A DNA stretch of 62,641 nt, counting the filler, from Choristocarpus tenellus KU-1152 (lineage: Eukaryota > Protista > Phaeophyceae): the NCBI GenBank assembly GCA_964200185.2. It is 10 parts of 10 records of this genome, joined end to end, with 100 filler letters (N's around TTAATTAATTAA, not from the genome) between each part and the next. Parts side by side here need not be neighbours in the genome. Positions count along the whole stretch, not along the records: positions 9,173 to 13,174 come from CAXNAD020016725.1; positions 13,275 to 19,891 come from CAXNAD020007741.1; positions 19,992 to 31,750 come from CAXNAD020002155.1; 7 more parts are not named here. One strand, 5' to 3'. The position numbers and the translations under genes are program-made. A model generated the notes under the pieces. It saw only the letters and a program-made list of their open reading frames with translations. It made no database searches and was not told where the DNA came from. This document shows positions 10,306 to 22,080 of the stretch, one piece after another (position 1 is the first letter of the stretch; every line of letters starts with the position of its first letter).

Positions 10306-13130
10306 GATAGGTAGAAGCAAAATGTGTGACCCAAAGGTGAGTCACACATCACCCCTCTCATCTCCGACATCAACAGAAGGCGAGCAATCAATGTTGAAAG
10401 ATGTGGGCCTAGGTCGGGGTGTCTACTGGCACCTGTTCCGTTTTCAACAACAGCAAAGCCTGCTGGGTTGACCTCAAGAGATACATCTTTCAGCCTCTAG
10501 GCAACCCCCACACAGCGTGTCCTTTCAGTGGGGAAGATGGTGTCAGGCAGCCCACCAGTCGCAAAAAACCCTGATGGAGAGCAGGGTTCTCCTGATGGGG
10601 GGCTTGGGCGTTACTCTTTGCTTGGAGATGGCAACAAGGAATATGCTACTCATATGAACTCTTAGAAGAATTCTCAAGGCAACTCTTTGGGAACAAATTC
10701 AGGACTTTGATCCTGGGAGAAGGTTTGTTGCTTCTGGTGAGTGTATTGATCCTGGGGATAACAAGGTGTCACGAATAATAATCTTGAGCACATTATACAC
10801 GCCTTGCCCTCATTAGGCAGTTGAGATTCCACCCCCCACCCACCTCGTGTCAATACTCTAAATATCATGTATCGATAATTGTGTGTGGAAGGAGTGAAAT
10901 GGATAAAATGTGTGGACGAGAGGAAACATGACCCCAGATTAATTGCAACGTTCAGATTTGCAATACAGTTGATATGATTTGAAATGTGCTGTGTGATTTT
11001 GACGTTATCATGAACAACGTGAAGTACTGTGTTGCAACCCAGCAGCTCAGGCACAAGGTTAGAGTTCAGAGACGATTACCGCACAAATGTTTCTCTCCAC
11101 CTCATCTCATGTCCCACACCACCCCCGCTCTCTCCTGGTCCCTCCAGAACTCGCTCTGATCCCCAGCACTACATCAGAAAAAGTATCACTATTCCAGTAA
11201 AATCTCAACGCATACAATTGCACCTAACACAAACATATCAAATACATACTATAAATATTAGAAAAATACTTCAGTTGTGAAAATGAAACATCACCTTAAA
11301 AAAAATCAGGATATATATATATATATATTGGTCACATCACCGAGGTCTGCGGGCAAACGCAAGAAGTGTGCATTCATGTGCAAAAAAAAATGAAACAAAA
11401 AAATACCTTAATCATGGTGCTAAAATCAAACCAACAATTGAGATTTCAAATTAACATCACAATGAAAAACAGATAAAAAGAGAGAGGAGGTGCAGAAGGA
11501 TATGAGAGGCGAGGTACAGGGATTTTTTATTCTTTTTCTGCACAATTTAAGACGTTATTGCTGGGAAAAATGAACAATAAAAACAAGCCGTACACAATAG
11601 AAACCCAGCAAATAAGAGTCATTTCAGGCGTTTGCGATGGATTTCTTTTTTCCCATTTAATGAAATATTTATTTACTTTCTAAGCGACTGTCCAGACTAT
11701 GCCCATCTCACACAAAAGGCTTGTTCTTTTAACCACAGTAGCAGTACACAAAAAATGGTAATATCTCTAGAAATTGAGGTTATGGACATGTTGTCTAAAT
11801 TTATCTTGGGCCATGTAATACTATGCGGCTGATTAGTGTTTTGATTCTTAGATTTTGCATGAGGAGCAAGTACCTACCTACCTGCAGGTACGTACAATGG
11901 TTTTCCATATGCAATGAAAGGTCTTCCATAGGATAGGGTTAGGATTGAAACATATTTTTCATTTTTCACCAATACACAATACACCATAAAGCTATGTATA
12001 TATATATAGAGAGAGAGAGCATTGACTAAACAAAATAGGGCAATTTTCATAGATACGTTTCTGATTGAAGTCTGATATACGCTGAGGCACCTCGTCTTAG
12101 CCTGGGCTGTACCTATATCCTTTACGATTACTCGGGGCTTTCTGGATCTCCTGCCTGACATCCAGATTACCACGCCCAAAATGTAGGCAACCCCTACTGA
12201 GAGGCTGTGAAAGAAGGAGAGATGACGAAAGAAAATGTTCATTTTCTTTTGTCATCTCAAACACCTCTTAATTGTTCTAGAAGCGCATCAAAAAGGGGGT
12301 AGACAAAGGGGCCCCCTAGAAAACCTAAGGTACCCCAAAAAGGTGTGTCATTGCCCTATGGTGTGCACCAACAGAAGTGTTAAGACTGATCCTATCGAGT
12401 GATATAATGACCTGTCAGATGAAGTTAACCATTACACTCAGGTGTAGAGCTAGGTACCGCCTACATCGGGAAAAAACAAAAGATTCACAACACAAATGAC
12501 TCAGACTATACATTGACCGATCTATTTTGCACCATTCACAAAAACAGTTACAACTGTGTTAAACTCGGACGTGTAGATACAGAACTCATCAACCGCAACG
12601 ACATGCACGAGATCTATAATGATAACCCCCTACAGGACGAATAAAGAGTAGGGTATGAACACCATCAAGTTCCTCATGAAGCAAGTATAAGTAAGTAGGC
12701 CCTGTTGAACAACATGTCAATGCCAACAACCAGTCAAGCACAACCCTACTCGGACCTAAGAAGGAAGAAGTTTCCATGCGATTGTTGATACTATCTGGTA
12801 AGCAAACACGAGACTCGCTATACCACCACATATATCGACACTTATGTTATCAATACGACTTCATCCCCCCATAGTATGTGTAAATTCCTTTCTTGTGAGA
12901 GTGTAGGCACCTGTCAATGCGGTTAGCAATGCCTCTCAAAACATGTGATCCTGAGTTCTTTTGGGACTATTGTCACAATCTGTCCCACTTCATGAAAGAC
13001 GTTGGGCGTCCAAGATTCTTAGCCCTTCTCGCCCTAACGTGTTCTGATTGGTTGTAAGACTCAGTACTTAAGTATTATCATTAGATTAGTCAGTCATGTG
13101 TATTGTTGAGGTTCATCCTCAAAAATATAA

Positions 13131-13174
13131 GGGTCAAAGTATCTGGAGGGGGGGGGGGGGGGTTTGTGAGGGGG
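13131..13174 (+). mobile_element. Left TIR of GGGTCAAAGTATCTGG family at contig end
   Basis: GGGTCAAAGTATCTGGAGGGGGG running into the gap. Confidence 0.7.
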
Positions 13175-13280
13175 NNNNNNNNNNNNNNNNNNNNNNNNNN
13201 NNNNNNNNNNNNNNNNNNTTAATTAATTAANNNNNNNNNNNNNNNNNNNNNNNNNNNNNNNNNNNNNNNNNNNNGGGGGT

Positions 13281-13319
<39 letters not shown>

Positions 13320-14156
13320 CTCTTGTTTTTTCTGAACCAGATTGCCCCCTGTTCATGATCTTGCAACCACGTTGAAGGAGAGAGGCTTCCTCGTGTTGCC
13401 CATTCTCCTTGCCCGGAGCCTTGTGTTTGATATTGTCACTTCATATCATCTGGGTTAGAGAGTTCTCCATGTCTGGGTGTTCAATTTATTGGGAATCCTA
13501 TAACGCCTTTTATTAATTTCATGAAACACAAAAAAGTGGTTCACGTTTGAAATGATAACAAGACAATGAACTTGATGATGTGAAGAGACACAGATCCCCA
13601 GGTCGAAGATCATCGTGGGGATCTCTCCACACACACACCGGTAGGTTCACTATGACCCCCAACAGGCAATGTTCACAAACAGAGACAGGCAGGCGCTCCT
13701 CTGCAAGTCTCATCTCTCCAGCCTATACAATCTAAGAAAAACACAAAAAACACATACGCTTGAACTGACCAGACAATCAGCGATGTTCCACATGCTCACG
13801 TGCAGAAATAAAGTCTCCTTTCCTTTATCAATAGTTGTACCTTCCTTTGTCTTTTGTACCTCTTTCATTACCTCTATTGTAAATAATAGGGTGATAAGGT
13901 TCGAGCTGTCTACTCTCTACCAGAGGACACGCATGTGCAGTGCCCGTATCCTGCAAGGCGTTTTCTCAAAGTGGGCGACACGCCAGTTAGCTCGTCACTT
14001 CTGGCGACTGCGGGTGTGTGTGTGGTACTTGTGTTTTTTACAGTGTTTGGTGCTGTATTTTGTACTGTGTTTGTTTCAAGTGTTTTGAGTGTTTTGAATG
14101 TTGCTCCCAGTGCTGTTTGTCCCTGTGTCTATTTGCCTATGAACAACATGGTTTGA

Positions 14157-14345
14157 TTTTGTATACATCTATACCATATCAATAGCTTTGTATACATACA
14201 TGTACACCATACCAACAATTTTGTGTACATCTATGCCATATCAATAGTTTTGTACACATACACACCATACCAATTGTTTTGTATACATACATACCATATC
14301 AATAATTTTGTATACATACATGTGCACCATACCAACAATTTTGTG
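14157..14345. repeat. Minisatellite, ~30-bp unit (TTTTGTATACATxxxxACCATAYCAAYA)
   Basis: About six imperfect tandem copies read directly. Confidence 0.85.
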
Positions 14346-17106
14346 TGATGGAATGTATTGTTCCTCGCAAGTACACTCTATTCCCCCGACCCGCCCATGT
14401 TATTTTTTTTGTTATGATGTGTGGGTTGACCGCACCTTCGTTGTGGTGCAGGGTGTGATGATTGGAGGACTACTCCCTCTTACGAGATACGTTTGAAGGA
14501 AATGCAAAGAGATGTACCTTGCTGAATGAAGTTGTGTGTTTCTTTTTTAATTGTTTTTCTACCTGTTCTTGCACTACGTCTTTTTTTTTTGTCCATTTTT
14601 TTTTTTTTTTTGGGTCATCACTGCACCAGCAACCACCCCCCATCCGTACCATACGAGAGCTAACCCTAACCCTATATCTCATTTGATATGACTATGAATA
14701 CTAGATATGGTTGGCCCGCTTGGAAGGAGGTATATCGTCTCTAAACGGGTCTCAAAATCAGACACCAAAATGAACCAGTAAATAAAGTGGGGCTATTTCT
14801 TGTTAGGAAGAGCTGCAATTAGTATCTCTTATCACTATCTGATTCTTTGAGTAGTTTATGTATATATATATATATGTGTGTGTGTGTGTATAAATAAGTA
14901 TTTATGTTTCCTACTCTTCATCCTAATAATGTAGGCGGAAGGAACTCAATGCGTTAGGTCCATTGCCCACAGATGCTTGTATTCTCCCACACCAATCTAA
15001 CACAATACAATCCACTAATAATTCTCTGCGTGTACACCCTTTCCACAACGAACCCCGAAATCACTGTCCTGTGTACCTCGCCTCCCAGGCCTTAGCAAAG
15101 TCGAGACAAGCGGGGTATGTCGGGAAGGAGAAAAGTGGGCTACTCATAATGGATCATGGTCAAGCAGGGGTTAGATGGGGAGACCACAGCAAAGGGTATT
15201 TCGAAGAAGAGAGTTCCCTGGAGTGGGACAGCTTAATGAGCACTAGAGGAGCCAGTGAGGTATCCAAGGAATCGGTTCATGGTTTCCTCACTGGTGTAGG
15301 AATCGGCGGTGGGGAAAGCAGGGCCTGGGAGTCTCCTCCCAAACCACCACAGGTTCCGCATTGTGATTCCCTTGCTGTTTTGGCACCCCCAACCAACTTT
15401 AGGTACGCCTTCCTCGAGGACAGAGGAGGGGAGAGGCTGGCAAGGGATCAGTCTGTTTATCAGAGGGGTCAAGAACAATGTGATATGATTCAGTCATCAA
15501 TATCAGAAGGGGAATCAGCGTCACCAGATGGGTCCTCAGATGAAAGCGCGTGGTGGTTACTCAGTGATGAGTCCAGCCTGGTCAATTAAACCTACTGGCA
15601 AGTCATATGGAAGCAAAGGGATGGGAGGGGTTTGGCGGTTGAGGGTGATATTGTAGTATTCCTTGAGTGGAAAGGAGTGTTGTGTTCATACATTTTGGGG
15701 GGCCCCTCCCCCCAAGATGGTGAAAAGCCTCCCAAGTTTTGTTGCCTCCAGGAATACCCATGTGTCCAACGATGACTTGTGGAGTATGGGAATGGTGAGG
15801 TGTAAGGAGGATGGTGTATCATACTCGTGTGACACTCTTGCTGGCGATTTTTCCTCTTATCGTTCCTTACAATCCTGAACTTGAAGCGTCAGTGGCAACG
15901 GTGATTTGTTCAACACACAAGAACCAAGTTGATATATGCGCAACACAAAGGTGACTTCAGTGACTGGGGAGGGGAAGTTAGCAAAATCTTTTTGCTCCTC
16001 CAAACGAAGTTTTTACTGGCCACAGCTAGCAGCACATCATCTGGGGTTTGTCTGTGGAGGCATTGGTTGTCAACTGCTCCAACCTGAAGCATATCTGGGG
16101 GGATCTCAATGGTATATAGATCCTCGTTTTTTGTGACAAATGGGGATGACTGACTGCGTGTGGTTCACAATTGTGAAGACGTTGGAATGTTTAGTGGAAG
16201 GGCGAGAGGTTGCAATGATGCCCTTGGATGTTATGGCGACTTTATGTTACATATCGTACAGAGTTTTCTTTAGGATGCACTTGCTTGTGATGCCCACGCA
16301 GGGGTTGCTGAAGGTAAATTTGATTGCGTTAGTGTTCTCGTTTGTTGATATTTATGGAATTGTTCTTAGTAGTTTGTTAAAGCATGTGGTTGTCTTTTAA
16401 TTGGCTCTGTGAACTGTATGCACTCGCAGAGAGGTGATGAAGTATTGTGGCTTTAGGGGTGGTGGCATGGAAGGAACTCGGTCCTTGGCGCATCTTATAA
16501 TGAGAACTAAGTGATCCCTTAGTTTGTACTGGATAACATGACATGACACAAAAAGCACATCAAAGATAGTGGTATCACTACCAAACACAATTTGAAAAAA
16601 AAATCAAACATGCCAGGTGGAGAAGTGAACCTAGAATGGCAATGTTATGGACTCTGCACAAACCATGTTGATTGGGTGACTGGGGTTAAGTTTGCTATCA
16701 GTCTCTCATCAGGCTAGCCTAGAGAAAGAGGGAAAGAGACAACCACAATCGATTTATTGTAGACTACTAATCTACCCTGAATTGAAAAAGATGGGTATCA
16801 TCTTAAGGCATTATTTTCGTACCTTCCCTCATAAGACACAAATGCGTTCTTCCTAATTAATGTTGCACACCTACCTCGGGAAATGGAACACTTAACCCAA
16901 GCATTAACTTTCTTATGATGTGCCTCCGTGTTTATTCTAGCTATCAAAACAAAAAAAAACGTTTGTGGCATGAACGAGTAAGTAGTACAGAAACTCCGTT
17001 GGTTGTCAAAACTAGGAAGGGCTATTTTGCTCTGTGATGCCCATCATCTAGCAATAGGGCCTGCACGTAATGTATAATAAATGTTGTCCCTTATCAGGAC
17101 AAAGTT

Positions 17107-17285
17107 GGTTCAAAGTATCTGGGAGGGGGTAGCGGCTGTCCATTTGGAGTCAATTTATTCATGTCGCGTTTTTTGGGCGATTTGGTTGCATACGTCGGAT
17201 GGATAATGTAAATGCACTTTTCCTGATTTTGGTCAAATGGACACCCTGGTCTAGATCCCCCCCACCCCCCAGATACTTTAGGTCT
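17107..17285. mobile_element. ~180-bp MITE, second full copy
   Basis: GGTTCAAAGTATCTGGGAGGGG...GCTGTCCATTTGG...CGGATGGATAATGTAA...CCCCAGATACTTTAGGTC. Reverse complement of 10125-10305; flanked by TT on both sides. Confidence 0.85.
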
Positions 17286-17439
17286 TACCTCAATCTGCTT
17301 AGACAAAATCAACGATTGCGATGCCCCCTTCCCACCTATCAACCCCAACATATTCCGTTGATGACATCAGGAGAAGTACGGGAGGATGGGGTGTTGAATT
17401 CTCGTTCGAAGAGTACACGAGGGCTTAGATAAAGGATGG

Positions 17440-19860
17440 GAGAGCAGATGCCGTCACTGAAGCGGTTTCAGCAACCAAAGTGGGGTGGAAAACCCGTGAA
17501 GTGTTGACACAAAGGACGACTCGGTTGAGAAGAAAGATAACAAGGACTGGTTTCTTTCTCGGTAGGAAGGCTTGCTACGTAAAATACATTTACAGCAGAA
17601 GGCTTGGCGGAGGACAACTCAAGAACACGGCGATTGCAGCAGTGAAGGGCACAGGGTATGATGCGTAAGAAGAGGGCAACAAAGAGGAGTGAAATGCCTT
17701 TCCGTGATGAAGGAGATTCTTGAAACGGGCATGAGACGGGATGTCTGCACGGGAACAGGAGGACTATTGAATTTCGAGGTGCAGATACGATTCAAGTTCT
17801 GAGAGGGTCTGTTCCAACTACTTACCACCAAACGCTTGTTCGTCTCGGGCTGCAACAACCCCAATACACTTACAGAACGCGGCATCCCCATATACGACAG
17901 CAACGGTTCCAGATAATTCCTTTATGAGCGATTTGTTGCAGTTTCTCTTCAGCACGTTCTGGGTTTGAAGAAATCTGTGCATTGTGCGGATAATGCCACA
18001 ACCCAACAGCAAAGCACCGGCCTGCCTTTGATTTGTTCTTCAAACATACTACCAAGTTGGACCATCGACACCTTGTCAACATACAGCTACACCCCGCTAG
18101 ATCTTCAAGAAATGTCTGACCTTTGGAAATTTACTATTTGATGAATCTCGAAGAAAAAAAAATGGCAGTGGGTCTTGTCACACATACAACTTATTCAATG
18201 TTGCTCGAAAGTTCCTCAATGAGATCCTCTGGATACTTGTGAGTTCACAGATAAGTGGTGGTTAAGTGTGTGGAGCTATCCATACCCCATGGTATCATTT
18301 GCGAAGTCACCTGAGGTGGTTGAATCAAATTATACTATCATTATTAGTAGTAGTACCCAAACCAACTGATTTTCATCAAGATCCCGTCTTATACTCTGAG
18401 GTTTCCTAAATGAGAAGAAGGCGACCTTGAGCCAATTTACCCCTTCCAGTGGTGTCACTTTGGGACTGAGTGTGTGGACATGCACATAGGATGCGCTGAC
18501 AAGGACGTTGATCAGTTGGTGGAGTGTATCCATAAGATCAACAGAGATGGATTTTTTGAGGACACATAAGATAAATCAGTATTTATGTTACAGGCGATAT
18601 GTCTTGATGGCGGTTTCATAAACACCATTATGACATTGAAGTTCTAGATTTGATATATTTGTACTTGACTATTTATTTATTATTTGGTCATTATGGTCCC
18701 CGATTGTGATAAGACATCGTAGACTAGTTCCTTTTTATACGATGATATTGATGATAATCCAAATGAGAGATCCAGCGTACTTGACGACTTGTGCATCAGG
18801 AGTCCTATACGTACATCAGTATCATCTATAGGCCCGTAGATTGGAGCTATATATCCTGTGGAGGTAAGCTTTTTGGGGCGCCTGTAACATTAAGTACAAC
18901 TTAAAAAGTAAATTATTAACCTTGGGCGGTATCTCTAGAGGTGTCCTAGAGCTTTGGCTGGCTGGGGTCAGAGTAAATGACAAGTGGCATCTTCCATCGA
19001 TATTTCGTTTTTACTCTTTCTCCTAGTGCCTCCTTCTGAGACCATCTTAATTTTCGTCTATTGGTATGTATGTTTCTACTACAGTCTTACAGCATTTTTC
19101 TATTTTACTTCATGCGTTGATATAGTGATAGCATGCTTGGTGCTAATCTTTGCCAGAGATATGAAGTCATCCTACGGTTACAGAGAGGCATGGTGGATGG
19201 AAGATATGTTAAATATGTATTGTTGGGACCCTTACTGCGCTGGGAAGAAGAAAGTGTAGCTACTTCCCCCCCAGGAGAAAGGGAGAATCTGCTCTCACGT
19301 GTTGCTTACCTTCTCCACTCCTTCCCCAGATAACGTCCACTCACAAGATACATCCCTTTTGCTTGCCCTTACCCCTGTTCTGGAAAGGCCCAGAGGACCG
19401 TCACATTGTGCTTTTGGGATGGAACTCCAGTGACACCTGCAAAAGTGGTGCTCCCCTCCCTGTCACGTGTTTTTCCAATTTTAAGCGGCGGACTCAGGAA
19501 CTCAACATTGCATATGCCCATATTTGCACATATAGCCTCGGGAAGACAAAATTATCCTATACAGGGCATAAAATGGTTTGAGGAGTCGCACAGAGTTCTG
19601 CAGTGTTGTGATGGAACCTGTTACAGGGGGAGATGAAGTAATGTGTTCGTACTGCCCCACAACAGGGTACATGTGTGACTTTCCACATATGTGCTGTGTT
19701 TTTGTTTCGACAAGGAAAGGGGAAAGCGAGCTCGGGGCAGCGTAGGCTGAAGGAACTTGTACGTGGTCGACAATCAGTAGTCCACAGGGCAAAGACCTTG
19801 TCAGGCATTTTACACCTGGGAGGTGTGATTTAGGGATGGACCATGCACAATTCTGCACAA
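17440..19860 (+). pseudogene. Decayed long ORF, possibly KDZ/CxC-type transposase (tentative)
   Basis: Stop-riddled fragments VCTGTGGLLNF (~17745-17775), LFNVARKFLNEI..VCGAIP (~18190-18285), HSFPR*RPLTRY (~19315-19350) and RHFTPG (~19805-19820) resemble the motif order of HMGXB3/KDZ-associated proteins as I recall them. Unverified. Confidence 0.3.
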
Positions 19861-22080
19861 ATTACTTGGTATTTGACCCTCCAACCCTGCCNNNNNNNNN
19901 NNNNNNNNNNNNNNNNNNNNNNNNNNNNNNNNNNNTTAATTAATTAANNNNNNNNNNNNNNNNNNNNNNNNNNNNNNNNNNNNNNNNNNNNGGAGTGGGG
20001 GTGGTGTTTCGTGGTGGTGGGGGGGGGGGGGGGGTGTGGGATTTCTAAGTTTTGCCAGAAGTTTCCCAGGCCTCCCACTATTTTTCAACAACACAGAAAG
20101 GTCCAAATGGCTCAGTCCTCTGTACAACCTCAGTCCACATCAAAGGCAGTGTCTGTAAACACGTCAGCCAAACACTCTCAAAACTGTCAGGAATTTTAAA
20201 AAAACAAGTGTTCTACCAACCAGCTCAAAACGATTCAATCAATTCAATCCAATCAAAGTGCTGAGCACCCTGAGGAACTTCAAAGGAAGTCTCACAACCC
20301 ACACACACACAAGTGAAAAAACAGTCTTCATGAAAAAAAAATTAATATTAAAAAATTTCTATTTCTTTGATTAAAAACGAATGACATGATCGAATTGTCA
20401 CAATTCACAACACAAAGTTAAAAACTACCCCCCCAAAAATACAACATAATCAACGCAAGCATCCAACGTTTAGCACCTTCTTCTACTTTTTGTTTTGTCC
20501 ATAGGAACATTTTCCCCCAAGCCCAAACTATATTCACACCGGTCTTAACACCAGTCCAAAATGGTCAAAATATGTACTTACTCCAGAGTCTGTACGTACA
20601 TGAAATGTTTGAGCTCACAAAATTTGGGCAAGAGGAAAAAAAGAGCCAGCGCAAATGAACAAGGAACCGCCCTGAAAAAAAAAAAGAGAGAAACTTGATA
20701 TGTACTTCTTCCATGGCATCGACCTAGTATGAGTACGGAAGTTCCCGTCAAAATCTCACGAGAATATTCAAGACTCGACGTTTGAATTATCTATTCAAGC
20801 AGCTTTTTGTTCGGTGCACAGCTAGCAATCACACATTTCCATGCCAAGCAATCTATATCTGTATCTTCTGCAACGTTTTGACAAATGTTTTCGCAGATAT
20901 TTCTTTCGGAGAAGAAATAAAGCTTCCTCTTCTCGTGTCCTGCAAAGTTCATTATTCAAAAACTCAGTCCATATCTGAACGGATACACATCAATTTTCTT
21001 AACAGAAGCAGAAGCAAAGAACCTTGCGAACCACCGACTGATCCAGAAATTTACTATCGATCACCAATTTGAAAATCAGGACTCGGAAGAGCGGTATGAC
21101 GCTATGTATTTACCCCCTAAAGGTACGAGCAATTCTCTTCAAAAGCTTTCTTGTATTCATACCATACCGCCAACTAAAAACCGAAACCCTATTTTAAACG
21201 CTCATCTCCTTAAGACAGGCGTAACTTCCACAGAAGCGAAACTTTCAACACCTGTAACTATCGTCAGAATAAAACAGGCAAAAAAACTATGCCCATATGT
21301 GTGCAACAGAGTGCACATATTGACCCCACACGAATGAGCTGGCGAGGGGCAGACAGCTCTATTCAGGGGGTGCCGTACAATCAAGCATCGAGAAAGTGTG
21401 GACAAATGGACTCAAATGGACTTGCACATCAGCCTCCCAATGCACACACAAACAAAAAGCAGTTGCCTCGGCGAAAGAAGAAAAGGCTGCACTTTGCTTC
21501 ACACTAAATCCCGGGAGACAATTTGCACTCTCCTAAAACCCTGGCAGCTTGTATGTATAAACGGAACAAAACTATTTGAAGGGTGCTGAAAAATGTATCT
21601 TTTTTATTTTTTCGATTCCAAAATTGACACAATATAAAAGGTAGAAACATGCCTTCCACCAGAAACTGGGTAAGGAAAACATATCGAACATCACATACTT
21701 GACACTCAACATAATTTACAGGTGTTCCAACCATATCATTGGAGTTAATAAAGCGCACACAAGCAAGGTAACTAATTTATCAGAAGAACTTCGTTGTCCC
21801 AAACCCATGCATTGGATGGTTGTAAGACCAAACACTACGTTTGACATGATGTTACACCTGTACCTGTTCTTGTCCCTGTCCACAAAGAGCAGAAAAACAA
21901 CAAGGAAGCTCTCTCGTATACCCCCCCTCCAAAAAAGGCACCTTCCTGACTGACACAGCAACACACCTTCTACCAATGACAGCAAACCTACCACGCACTC
22001 TCACAAACAACCTGCCCTTCCCACGAATGCCAAGAGGCCCTTTCTTTCAACTGCAACTGTTGTACAGAACTTTACTATAC

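Noticed and set aside
14157-14345. CRISPR-like array (also considered for 52058-52643)
   Set aside because: Head-to-tail repeats without unique spacers, no cas genes, eukaryotic context.
15200-15560. Selenoprotein or alternative genetic code (multiple in-frame TGA)
   Set aside because: RPN1 in this window ends with TGA, no SECIS is evident and a TAA also interrupts the frame. CGA>TGA decay is simpler.
14963-15589. 208-aa plus-strand ORF as a real gene
   Set aside because: No recognisable domain; better explained as the antisense shadow of a decayed minus-strand ORF.
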